Part shown: piece after piece, positions 22,916-35,235 of the stretch
Position numbering within the stretch: position 1 is the first letter of the stretch
Layout of the letters: each line of letters starts with the position of its first letter
DNA from: Nemertoderma westbladi
Lineage: Eukaryota > Animalia > Xenacoelomorpha
Direction of reading: 5' to 3'
Assembly: GCA_032718475.1 (NCBI GenBank)
Contig: JAUCBJ010008972.1
Span: 1 to 54,962 of the forward strand
DNA: 54,962 bases
Position numbers and translations under genes: made by a program
The notes under the pieces: model-generated
What the model saw: only the letters and a program-made list of their open reading frames with translations
Database searches by the model: none
Told to the model about the DNA's origin: nothing

Positions 22916-24235
22916 GTTTGATTGTATAGTTGAATGCCTACGGCTATATTACAGTTAAAGCAAGTCTAGCAATTCAGTATCACTGTTAGCCTAACAATTA
23001 ATTACCGATACTGCTACTCAGTGTAGCGTGATATATATAATATATTAGAATACCGGTATGTTTATAGTATATATATAAGTATTATTACAGACTAGGTTTG
23101 TTACAGAATACCGGTATAATTTTAGCACAAATATATAAATATATAATAGGCCTATCGTGAATACCGGTATACAGCCTACTTATAGTATATATAAGTATAA
23201 TTCTGGACTAGAATTAATTGCAGAGTACCGGTATGATTTCAGCCTAAATTTATAGAAATAAAGATAATAGGCCTATCGTAAATACCGGTATGTCAATTAT
23301 TTTAAATAATTGAATTTCTGAATTTTTAAGGGTTACTTGGTTACTTTAACTTACTTTATTACCGTTATTTAAGCAGTAGTCCAACTGATATGGAGACCTA
23401 GTTGTTATATGGCAGGCCTACTATTTATAAATCGTTTGAGTTGATTTATAATATATATATACCCGTTTAATGGGTTTTGTCAATATTTGAAATAAATGTT
23501 ATTATTTCTGGGGGAGTCACTACACATAAGCTGTGCGCTCTCAGTGGAGTGGTACTTGTGGGACACTAAAACAAATAATTCTAATTTACCTAAGTTACTT
23601 AATACTACAAATTACGTACAATTCGGGTTGAGATTACAATCTCTAAATAAACACAAAAATTTAATTACAAATACACAAATACAAATTTTTAGGGTAATTT
23701 TACAAGAAGTCTACTAACCAGCCTAACAAAGGGTTAGAATATCTGGTTATTACAACGGACAGGTTACTACGGTATTTGAAAATAATAAGTAGTAGTAAAT
23801 ATACTGCGCTGTCCAGATAGGAAAATACCACCGCCTGACGACCTATAGCCGTATCGCTATAGGTACTACGTTATGTATCACGGAGTGTTCCTACCTAGAG
23901 GTTAATAGAGCTAATCGAACGTGCCTATCAACCACTTTACAACACAAATATAATGCCTACACTAATTACTTTCGGAAAGCACTGTACACTAAACCCTAAA
24001 TTAGGTACGAGTACTTGTACAACATATAATCAGTAGTTAAATATACTTGAACAGCTAAAAGAACCACGGCATCTGCTGGAGTGACCGGTGCACAAAATCA
24101 CCAGTCTTTACCTACGCCAAGCAGCCCGTATAGTACCGGGGTTAGTTTAACTATAACGGTATGTATAACAAACACAATTACTGTAGGAACAAACTTGGGG
24201 AATGAATGTTGCGAATAATAGCATAAACTCTGAAT

Positions 24236-24810
24236 AATAAATATTACGCTACGCGTACAGACTATTCAAACAAAATGCAGACCAAATACTGACAGACTAC
24301 TATCAAGCCTAAACAAACTACGGTATATGCAGACTCCAAAATGATTAGTTAGTATGCGTTCTAACCCAGTAGTACGACTTATTCTTTCACAGGGGGTTTA
24401 CCTCACAGCACTTGAAGCCCCTACTTTCCTAACTTAGCACTTTATCGGACAGATGCTCTACACACACCGAAATTTCCTCAAACCCAACAACAGCCAGACA
24501 ACTATCCAGCCTACAAATTATCTAAATAAAATTATACGCTACCCGTACAGACTACACAAACAAAGTACAGACTAAACGATGGCAGACTACTCTCAAGCCT
24601 AAATAAACTACAGGACATGCAGACTCTGAAATGGTTAGGTAGTATGCGTTCTAACCCAGTAGTACGACTTATTCTTTAGATGGGGGTTTACCTCACAGCT
24701 TTGGCTGCCCCTACTTCCTAACCGTTCTTTATCGGACAGATGATCTACACACACTGCAATCCGTTCAGACTTAACAACAATCAGACAACAGCTCAGCCTA
24801 CAAATTGTCT
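24236..24810. repeat. About 290-bp diverged tandem duplication in the BEL leader
   Basis: TACGCTAC..GTACAGACT occurs at 24245 and 24535, and AGTATGCGTTCTAACCCAGTAGTACGACTTATTCTTT is present twice. Shorter repeats lie at ~23030-23290 and ~24985-25075. Confidence 0.8.
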
Positions 24811-25142
24811 GTACAATCTGATCAGGCTTACACGCCTTCTGTTCAATACTGGCCTACAAACAAATAAAACTTGACAGAAATAAGTAAAATCTCAATAAAA
24901 AACCAGGGTGGCCGTTCCCTGATTAAGTACTAAGACCTACCGGTATATAATTATCAAATTCGAATAATACTAATGTACTTATACTGGAAGTACCGGTTAG
25001 GACAGTTGGGCCTACGGACCTACAGAAGTACCGGTTCTGGCAGTTGGGCCTACTGACCTACAGAAGTACCGGTTCAGGTTTACCGGTCAACCGGTACTTT
25101 CAACTTTATTGCTTACTGCAATAAAGAAGCTATATCCGTTAT

Positions 25143-26311
25143 TGTTTGCGCTTTTGAAGACCTTTGACAGTTTAACCTGCCAAAATTAGAATGTCTTTTA
25201 GATGATATATATTATTTAGCTTTATGACGAGTATTTGATACACTACATTAGCCGAAGCCAGTCTATGCGCAATCATTCACCCGTTGGATATACCCGGGAG
25301 ACTGAGTTCGGAGCTTAATGATTGATGGTGTAAGCCTACTGTATTATTCGACTGATCGTAATATATAATCTCTGACAAATATTATTCACTTTCGGGAAAT
25401 ATTAGCAGTTCCTTTAGGACGTGGCGCTCTAAATATGTAAACAGAGTTAAGACTTAAACTAGACACAACGAAAAGGCTATAGATTAACGTATATGGCGCA
25501 TTCTTTAGGAGATGCTTTGTTATCAGTTACAATCATACACAATGCTGCACAATACTGCACACTAATCTGCCGACCTTCACTAAATTTGGTCACGTATAAA
25601 GGGAGCAACAGACAATTTATGTTGGGCATATGAAATAGCATTAGATTCACTTCAAACCACTCAACATAGGTCGCAATCGTTTATCTGTAACCGGTCTCTC
25701 TAACCTTTAGTATATCAAGAAGGTGGGGTGTCTGACTATTGATCAGTATTCCGATATAATAATTCATCAACAAATATAATGAACAACAGACAGCAAAAGC
25801 AGTAATGTAAGATATGAATTGCATAGATATGTATGATAAGATTGTAATTAACTCGATAACAGATATACGTTCTATAATTAAGCCTACTAATGTAAAGCTA
25901 AAGAACGCTGATACACGGAGGTGCTAAAAGCCGATGTTCTTAGGCTCTGAGCAAAAACATAACACTGAATTACTGAGTTCTGTATACACCTCCAACACAG
26001 AGACAAAAAACGCTCTGATTGGTCAACCGAACAACGAGAGAACAAAGAAACAAAGAAATGTCGACGTGGCAATATCAGCTGCTAGCCGTCGTCATGGTAG
26101 CGACACTGTTTTCAAGAGTATCCAGCTTATCGCGTCACGAGATTGCGGATTATGTCCTCTAAAGTACAAATACAGTACAAATACAGAAGAAATGACTTTT
26201 ATGTCCTCTAAAACACCAGTACAGCAAGGACACGGCCTTTTTATGCCTGGCAAACCAACTACAGAGTACTTTAAGGGAAAATAAACGGTTAATGACGCAA
26301 AAGCTTTTACA
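25143..26311 (-). repeat. 5' LTR (1169 bp)
   Basis: Direct repeat of 14000-15168, upstream of gag in element sense. Confidence 0.95.
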
Positions 26312-27285
26312 AAGTTCCACCTATAGTATTGGTAAACACAAAATAACGCGAAGATCGCGACGTTTGCGAAGCTCCACCTATAGTATTGGTAAACACAAAA
26401 TTTTGTGAATATCACGACGTTTGCGAAGTTCCACCTATAGTATTGGTAAACACAAAATATCGCAAATATCGCGACGTTTGCGAAGCTCTACCTATAGTAT
26501 TGGTAAACACAAAATATCGCGAAGATCGTGATGTTTGCGAATTTCCACCTATAGTATTGGTAAACACAAAATATTTCGCGAAGATCGAGACGTTTGCGAA
26601 GCTCCACCTATAGTATTGGTAAACACAAAATTTTGCGAATATCACGACATTTGCGAAGCTCCACCTATAGTATTGGTAAACACAAATTATTTTGCGAAGA
26701 TCGCAACATTTGCGAAGCTCCATCTATAGTATTGGTAAACACAAAATATTGCGAAGATCGCGACGTTTGCGAAGCTCCACCTATAGTATTGGTAAACACA
26801 AAATATCGCGATGTTTGCGAATTTCCACCTATAGTATTGGTAAACACAAAATATCGCGAAGATCGCGACGTTTGCGAAGTTCCACCTATAGTATTGGTAA
26901 ACACAAAATATCACGAAGATCGCGACGTTTGCGAAGCTCCACCTATAGTATTGGTAAACACAAAATATCGCGAAGATCGTGACGTTTGCGAAGTTCCACC
27001 TATAGTATTGGTAAACACAAAATATCACGAAGATCGCGACGTTTGCGAAGCTCCACCTATAGTATTGGTAAACACAAAATATCACAAAGATCACGACGTT
27101 TGCGAATTTCCACCTATAGTATTGGTAAACACAAAATATCGCGAAGATCGCGACGTTTGCGAAGTTCCACCTATAGTATTGGTAAACACAAAATATCGCG
27201 AAGATCGTGATGTTTGCGAATTTCCACCTATAGTATTGGTAAACACAAAATATCGCGACGTTTACGAAGCTCCACCTATAGTATT
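26312..27285. repeat. 57-bp satellite, continuation after the LTR element
   Basis: The same monomer resumes in register after the AAGTT TSD. Confidence 0.95.
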
Positions 27286-28968
27286 TTTTTTTTTTTTTAA
27301 AACCATTACGCCCCCAAGCGGGGCAACTGGGGAATTTAATCATTTCAATAGATTCAATAAATTCAATAAAAAGGAACTACACACATGAATTGATGATAAA
27401 ATTGAAAATTAATTATATGGAAAATATCGAGTGTAAAAATAACGCGAGTAAATATACCGAGTGTTGAAAATATCGAAAATATATGAAAATATCAATAATA
27501 TCGCGAGTTCAAAAGAAATATCACATCGAGAGCAAAAATATCTAGAGCAAAAACACCGAGAGTAAAAATATCGAGAGTAAAAAGAAATATCGTGAGTAAA
27601 AATATCGAGAGTAAAAATATCGAGAGTAAAAAAATATCGTGAGTAAAAAAATATCGAGAATAAAAATATCGAGAGTAAAAAAAATATCGTGAGTAAAAAA
27701 TATCGAGAGTAAAAATATCGAGAGTAAGAAAATATCGAGACTAAAATAGGAACATGCTAAATTATAAAATAAATAGATTTAACGTTTGCTAGGGTTGCGA
27801 GAGATGGGGCAGATGAACAGACCAAGATATGGAATTTATCTGTAATGGGCGAGTGACAGAATTTACAGGCACATGAATCGGATAAAGAGTGGAAAGGGCG
27901 TTGGTCCAGGCAGAGTTTATGGTGGAACCCGTGCGCTGTCGTCCGACAGAGTTTATGGTGGAACCCGTGCGCTGTCGTCCGACAGAGCACGTGGCGGTTC
28001 CTTTGGCCGGCTGACCTCCAGGTGGTAGATTTAAAGGCTGGGCCTCGGATGAAACCTTCGCTAATAAAGTGGTTCTGGCGATCGGCTCTAAAAGCCTTAT
28101 AAGATTGCACCACGTCTTTGTCGAAAATATTATTGTGTTTAGATAGGATGCATTCCACTAGAGTTCTTTCTCCCGTAAGATTATGTGCTAAAGTTGAGGA
28201 GGCGTTGGTAGGAAGACCTAGCATTTTCTTTAAAAAGGACGATTTAATTTTATCAAGCTCTTTTAGATTATTTAGTTTTAAAAACTTCCCATATGATGTA
28301 ATGGCATATAGAGCTTTCGGGGCGATTTTACCGTTAAATATTTTGAGACCGGTATCAACAGATAAAAGAGGTAAATAGCTAAGTGAACCTATTATACTGT
28401 AGCAATCACGTTTTTTTCTGTCTATATGTCTGCTAAAACTGAGATAAGATTGCACTGTTAAACCTAGGTAGTCGTAGGAATTTTCAATTTTGACAATATC
28501 ACCACCGAAATAAAATACATCGCTGATATTTAATCGGCCACCTTTCCTAAATTTTACGATTTTAGTTTTCTTAAGGTTAACCATCATTCCATTCTCCGAA
28601 CACCATAAATGTACTAGGTTTAAAGCTAACTGTATGTCTGTGGCACTGTTCGAGTAAATGACTAGATCATCTGCATAAAATATAATAAAAATAGTGTGGG
28701 CTATAGAAAGAAGTCTGTAGGCCAAATCTGCAATGAATAACAAAAATAATGTCGGAGATAAACAATCTCCCTGTAAAACACCTCTAAGCTGGCTAATAAC
28801 GTTAGAGAGTCTAAGACCATCAAATATACGAATTGAGTTATTGAGAATATCGCGAATAATATTATAAACTTTCCCCTTAATACCGGAGTTGTAAATTTTA
28901 TATAGAAGTTTAGCTCTAGAAACAAGGTCAAAAGCCTTTTTAAAATCAATAAAACAGGCGTATACTTT
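27286..28968 (-). mobile_element. 5'-truncated non-LTR retrotransposon (RT plus C-terminal Cys/His domain) with poly(A) tail, inserted in the satellite
   Basis: FIDFKKAFD, GVLQGDCLSPTLF, FYADDL, KFRKGGRL, YLG and CACKFCH...HILVC. Poly-T at 27284-27298. TSD ACCTATAGTATT at 27274-27285 and 28969-28980. Clade uncertain (RTE-X or L2-like). Confidence 0.92.
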
Positions 28969-30450
28969 ACCTATAGTATTGGTAAACACAAAATATCGCG
29001 ACGTTTGCGAATTTCCACCTATAGTATTGGTAAACACAAAATATCGCAAAGATTGTGATGTTTGCGAATTTCCACCTATAGTATTGGTAAACACAAAATA
29101 TCGCGAAGATCGCGACGTTTGCGAAGCTCCACCTATAGTATTGGTAAACACAAAATTTTGCGAATATCACAACGTTTGCAAATTTCCACCTATAGTATTG
29201 GTAAACACAAAATATCGCGAAGATCGCGACGTTTGTGAAGCTTCATCTATAGTATTGGTAAACACAAAATATGGCGAATATCACGACGTTTGAGAAGCTC
29301 TGCCTATAGTATTGGTAAACACAAAATATCGCGAAGATCGCGACGTTTGCGAAGCTCCACCTATAGTATTGGTAAACACAAAATTTTGCGAATATCACAA
29401 CGTTTGCAAATTTCCACCTATAGTATTGGTAAACACAAAATTTTGCGAATATCACGACATTTGCGAAGTTCCACCTATAGTATTGGTAAACACAAAATAT
29501 CGCGAATATCACGACGTTTGCGAAGCTCCACCTATAGTATTGGTAAACACAAAATATCGCGAAGATCGCGACATTTGCGAAGCTCCACCTATAGTATTGG
29601 TAAACACAAAATATCGCGAATATCACGACGTTTGCGAAGCTCCACCTATAGTATTGGTAAACACAAAATATCGCAAATATCACGACGTTTGAGAAGCTCT
29701 GCCTATAGTATTGGTAAACACAAAATATCGCGAAGATCGCGACGTTTGCGAAGCTCCACCTATAGTATTGGTAAACACAAAATATCGCGAAGATCGCGAC
29801 GTTTGCGAAGCTCCACCTATAGTATTGGTAAACACAAAATTTTGCGAATATCACAACGTTTGCAAATTTCCACCTATAGTATTGGTAAACACAAAATTTT
29901 GCGAATATCACGACATTTGCGAAGTTCCACCTATAGTATTGGTAAACACAAAATATCGCGAATATCACGACGTTTGCGAAGCTCCACCTATAGTATTGGT
30001 AAACACAAAATATCGCAAATATCACGACGTTTGAGAAGCTCTGCCTATAGTATTGGTAAACACAAAATATCGCGAAGATCGCGACGTTTGCGAAGCTCCA
30101 CCTATAGTATTGGTAAACACAAAATATCGCGAAGATCGCGACGTTTGTGAAGCTCCATCTATAGTATTGGTAAACACAAAATATCGCGAAGATCCCGACG
30201 TTTGCGAAGCTCCACCTATAGTATTGGTAAACACAAAATATTGCGAAGATCGCGACGTTTGCGAATTTCCACCTATAGTATTGGTAAACACAAAATATCG
30301 CGAAGATCGCGACGTTTGTGTAGCTCCATCTATAGTATTGGTAAACACAAAATATTTCGCGAAGATCACGACGTTTGCAAAGCTCCACCTATAGTTTGGT
30401 AAACACAAAATATTTCGCGAAGATCGCGACGTTTGCGAAGTTCCACCTAT
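28969..30450. repeat. 57-bp satellite, more diverged right part
   Basis: Same monomer with more variants. The TGAGAAGCTCTGCC marker recurs at 7- and 6-monomer spacing. Confidence 0.95.
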
Positions 30451-30809
30451 TCACCTAGGTGAACCCGACATTCTTTTCACCAAAACTATAGGTGGAGAGC
30501 TTCGCAAACGTCGCAATTTTCGCGAATTTTGTGTTTACCATTTCTATAGGTGGATCATCAGATGCGAAATTTTTATGCGAAGTTCCAAAATTTTGCTAAA
30601 TTTGCGAAGCAATTCTATTTGCTTACCGACAAAATATAAGTAGAACTTTCATTGAAATTTTATGACACAAAAATACACAAAACACAAAACACAAAAATAT
30701 TGGCGATTTATTTAACAATACTTTTTTCTCTAGAACTAATATATTTTGTTAAATAATATAATATAATAATAATAATATAAATATTTTAATATAAAACTAT
30801 AATATTTGT

Positions 30810-31738
30810 TATTAATCTTGCTGAGTTCTGCTTGTTAAATAAATTATCAGTTAATCTCACAAAGACTAAAGCTGTGAAATGTAGAAACGGAGGACGTTTT
30901 TCAAACGATGATATTTTACTATTTAATGGAAAACAAATACAATTCGTAAGAAGTTTCGAATACCTCGGAGTAGTTTTGTCAACCCAAAATGGTCCATCGG
31001 CTCATTACCAACACCTATACAATAAAGGAATAGCATGTTGTGCTCGCTTGGCTTGTAAAGTTAAGTTGACCTCGATCTCGATGCGTTCAGCAAAGAGGTT
31101 GTGGCTAGGCATTGTCCGACCTACAGTGACTTATGGGTGTGAGATATTTACGACAAGTGATCTTGATGGCTTGGATCATGTGAGACGGACCCGCGCGTTT
31201 TACTGGAAGATGTGGGCGGGTATCTCAAAGTACTCCTCTTCAACGGACTTACTCGAAGTTATCGATAATAACGGTACAGGCAGCACTGGCCTAGACATCG
31301 AGCCCCTATACGGGTTCAGGCGTCGCGCGGCCGCTCAGCTGATCGTTAACGGCTGCCACCAACGATGCTGCGACACGCCAAAATGCTGGCGACCGACTGA
31401 TACCTGCATATGCAAACTGTGTCACCGCGCTGCGGATACGAACTTACATTATACAATCTGCGAGAGTGCGAGGGGATCCCACCAAACACCACATCGTTAC
31501 GGAAAGCAATATTTTTAATGACCCTGGAACTCTAATTCTTTTAATAATAATATGCAATAATAATAATAATTTTAATAACTTTATTTATTTTAATAATTTG
31601 GTAAACCACCTCTTAACAACCTACCTAGTTTGTGCGCTACCAACAGTATATTCAACATGCATATTTCATCTTATTTATCCGAATGTTTGGATGATAATTA
31701 AATAATTCATTAATCGGTTTTCTTTCATTAAAAAAAAA
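30810..31738 (+). mobile_element. 5'-truncated non-LTR retrotransposon related to the one at 27286-28968
   Basis: ORF 30832..31518 has LSVNLTKTKAVKCRNGGR, FEYLG and CICKLCH...HYTIC. It is followed by an AT-rich 3' UTR ending in an A-run. No clear TSD. Confidence 0.8.
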
Positions 31739-31749
31739 TATTCTAGAAC

Positions 31750-31897
31750 ATTCGCAAAGATCGGGATGTTTGCGAAGCTCCACCTATAGTATTGTTAAAC
31801 ACAACATATCGCGAAGATCGCGACGTTTGCAAAATTTCGCGATTTTCGCAATCTTCGCAAAAATCGCTACGTTTGCGAAGATCGCGAAAATCGCGAC
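31750..31897. repeat. Degenerate remnants of the 57-bp satellite
   Basis: GTTTGCGAAGCTCCACCTATAGTATTGTTAAACACAAC, followed by TCGCGA-rich subrepeats in both orientations. Confidence 0.8.
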
Positions 31898-31900
31898 AAA

Positions 31901-32540
31901 ATGATCAAAATCGTTGCCCCAATGTTCATTAGTCAGTTAATGTCTGAAACGCTTCCGACAGTCCGATATATCTGGACCCAAGCAGCCGAGTTCAGGAGTT
32001 GCATCAAGATACAAGATGTGATTAACGGAGGAATAAATGATACGGAATTGCTTGCTTGTCAGTACGATTCTATTTACTACACTGGGAATTCGGCGGGTGG
32101 TCGGGTTGTAATGCGGGCCACTGCCAAGTTCCTCATGCCTCACTCCGGCCTCCCACCTTCAGACCTTGGAGTGCAGTGGGGTGGAAAGAGTCCGACTTAC
32201 GTCGACGACAGGACGAATCGACGAGGATTGTGATCTGGGTTTAGCGGCGGCCCGGAGCCTGGGATCGCCTGGGGGAAATAGTTAAATGTTGGCAGGTTGG
32301 GCAGATGTGTATCCCCCGGATTATGTTCTCCTGTTCTCTGCGACGCGAAAGTGTGAGGCAAATTCGTTGTCGAATTGGGTCGGAAGCTGTGGGAATTCTA
32401 CTGTTCTACGGGAATAAACCGCAGCGGTCCGGCGACTACAGACGGATACTGGGATAATAAGCAGGTATTTGATCGAGGCGGATAGAGAGTTGGTTGTGTT
32501 GGGCGGAGATACCGATAGCTGCATAGCTCCGATCTGTCTA
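31901..32540 (+). pseudogene. Aldehyde dehydrogenase family 3 (ALDH3-like) intronless pseudogene fragment
   Basis: VINGGINDTELL..YDSIYYTGNSAGGRVVMRATAKFL..GGKSPTYVD, then after stops IAWGK*LN, CVSPDYVL and VVLGGDTD..IAP. This is collinear with the ALDH3 core (IFYTGS, ELGGKSP, IAWGK, CIAPDY, GGETD, YIAPT). Confidence 0.8.
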
Positions 32541-32655
32541 TAATTATGTTTTTTTGTTATTGTTATTTATTTATACTCGGAATTTGAGGAAGTCGACATT
32601 GATGAAGTAATGAAGCGCTTTATATTGGACATAAAATACCAGATAGTATTCAAAG

Positions 32656-33668
32656 TACGGAAGCCCATAACGGCCATGTCGCGCGCAAACTTCCATGTCA
32701 AGCGCGCAAACTTTGCCATTTCCGTGTAGAAACATTGGCGCGCGCGACATGGAAGTTTGCGCACGCGACATGGAAGTTTGTGCGCGCGACATGGAACTGT
32801 GGAAGTTTGCGCGCTCGACATGGAACTGTGGAAGTTTACGCGCGCAACATGGAAGTTTGCGCGCGAGACATGAAGTTGGCGTGCGCGACATGGGGAAGCC
32901 CATAGCGGCCATGTCGCGCGCAAACTTCATATCATTTCCGTTTCGAATTTTGTCTGGGCGGGAAATTTGAATATTATGTCGTGTTTCTAGTATGGCTGAA
33001 ATCTCCTTGTGAGAAAGTCCATCATTGAAATATGTTTTTATTAGGTGTAAAAGGTCTAGATCTAGATCATCCTCATCCATGTTAATATTATTAAAATTCG
33101 GACGAGCCGATAGGCCTATAGCAGTAAAATATATATACGCAGTAAAATAGAACTGAATTGTTTTCCTGTTCAAAATACTACATTACTAACAACTGAACAG
33201 TAAAACAGTAGGACAAGTAAATTCAAATTTCCCGCCCAGACAAAAATTCAAAACGGATATGATATTAAGTTTGCGGGCGACATGGCCGTTATGGGCTTCC
33301 CCATGTCGCGCGCGCAAACTTCCATGTCGCGCGCGCAAACTTCCATGTCGCGCGCGCAAACTTCCATGTCGCGCGCGCAAACTTCCATGTCGCGCGCGCA
33401 AACTTCCATGTCGCGCGCGCAAACTTCCATGTCGCCCGCGCAAACTCCATGTCGCGCGCGCAAACTTCCATGTCGAGCGCGCAAACTTCCATGTCGAGCG
33501 CGCAAACTTCCATATCGCGCACGCAAAATTCCATGTCGCGCACGCAAATGTTTCTACACGGAAATGGCATAAAGTTTGCGCGCTTGACATGGAAGTTTGC
33601 GCGCGACATGGAGTTTGCGCGGGCGACATGGAAGTTTGCGCGCGACATGGCCGTTATGGGCTTCCGTA
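32656..33668 (-). mobile_element. Non-autonomous DNA transposon with long repeat-rich TIRs (IS3EU-like)
   Basis: Termini TACGGAAGCCC...GGGCTTCCGTA; 6-bp TSD TCAAAG at 32650-32655 and 33669-33674. Arms 32656-~32972 and ~33220-33668 carry 21-bp CATGGAAGTTTGCGCGCGCGA repeats. The internal stub LIKTYFNDGLSHKEISAILETRHNIQIS resembles a transposase N-terminal HTH. Confidence 0.8.
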
Positions 33669-34561
33669 TCAAAGAGACCACGATTTTACTTATTTTATGA
33701 ATAATAATCATGGTAATTATTGGAGGACTACAGTCGGGGAGGTTTAGTTATTCCTCCCGATTAGCCGATAGCCTTTTGTTTTTTGTTTACATTTCTATAT
33801 TTCTTATACAACAGGATGTAACGCCCTTGTCATCTTGTGTAAAACTGTATTTACAGCCAATATTTTTCTGAAAACTGGAATTAATATATTTTTCTGGAAA
33901 CTGGACGCAATAAAAATTCATCCCTCTCCAGTGGAAATTGGACGCAAATAACAGCTGATTACTCTATAAAAAATACTGTTTATTGTAAACAAATAATAAA
34001 CAAAGTTTATTGTTTTGGTTAAAATAACGTGCCACTGTAACCTGCTCCTTTCCCTAAATTGAGAATTTAACATTGAGGCGGGATATTATTTCACAAAGTT
34101 ATGTCATCCAAAAGTCTAATGTTATTCTGTATTTTAGTACCGGTACCGGCACTGGTACTGCTATAGGCCTACTGTGTAGCCTACCATTTAAATACGGTAC
34201 TGGTAGGCCTACTGGCCTACCGGTTGTGCTAATAAATTTTAAATAATTGATAGGAGAATAATATCTTTCACATAATTTAGGCCTATTACTGTAATATTTT
34301 TATAATCAATAATGGATCATGACTACTGTCTGACTAGTGTTACGGATAGCGGCACCACTACTTCCAACAGCACAGATCAGTTCATAAACTCATCCGTACT
34401 CGAAAAAACTACTTATACATGTTATACCCCGTTACCGTTTGATACCGGTAGTCACAATGATAGCGAAAACAACGACCCGTTTTTAGCCCAAAGGATCGGA
34501 CGGCCAAGAGGTTCGTCCAATAAAGGGTATATACGGATTCGTACATTCTCAGACGTTGACA

Positions 34562-35235
34562 GTTTGGTTAGAAAATCCCGCCTCTGTAATCTGCCCCTTT
34601 CCCTCAATTAGCTAAATGATCGTTTATTGTTTTGGTTAGATAATCCCGCCTCTGTAACCTGCTCCTTTCCCTCAATTGGTAATGTTATCGTTTATTGTTT
34701 TGGTTAGAAAATCCCGCCTCTGTAACCTGCTCCTTTCTCTCAATTGGTAATGTTATCGTTTATTGTTTTGGTTAGAAAATCCCGTCTCTGTAACCTGCTC
34801 CTTTCCGTCAATTTGTTAAATGATCGTTTATTGTTTTGGTTAGAAAATCCCGCCTCTGTAACCTGCCCCTTTCCCTCAATTAGTTAAATGATCGTTTATT
34901 GTTTTGGTTAGATAATCCCGCCTCTGTAACCTGCTCCTTTCCTTCAATTGGTAATGTTATCGTTTATTGTTTTGGTTAGGAAATCCCGCCTCTGTAACCT
35001 GCTCCTTTCCCTCAATAAGTTAAGTGATCGTTTTTTGTTTTGGTTAGAAAATCCCGCCTCTGTAACCTGCTCCTTTTCCTCAATTAGTTAAGTGATCGTT
35101 TATTGTTTTGGTTAGAAAATCCCGTCTCTGTAACCTGCTCCTTTCCCTGATTTGGTAAAGTGACTGTTTATTGTTTTGGTTAGAAAACTCGGCCTTAACC
35201 TGCTCCTTTCCATCAATTGGTAATTGTTTTTGGCT
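34562..35235. repeat. 68-bp tandem repeat, about 10 copies
   Basis: TGGTTAG recurs every 68 bp (34565, 34633 ... 35177). An isolated diverged copy lies at ~34004-34060. Confidence 0.92.

Larger units (their letters stand above)
14000..26311 (-). mobile_element. BEL/Pao LTR retrotransposon with both LTRs, internally deleted (non-autonomous) and recently inserted in the satellite
   Basis: TG...CA termini; 5-bp TSD AAGTT at 13995-13999 and 26312-26316; two 1169-bp LTRs; BEL-type gag and protease on the minus strand; purine-rich GGGAGCGG (minus strand) just before the 3' LTR. Confidence 0.93.

Noticed and set aside
27757-29151. 464-aa satellite-RT fusion protein
   Set aside because: The N-terminus is satellite read in frame across the 5' truncation point of the LINE, which is defined by the TSD.
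32567-33747. Overlapping ORFs with ARHGSL, CRARKL and ARDMEV repeats
   Set aside because: These are translations of the 21-bp TIR repeats.
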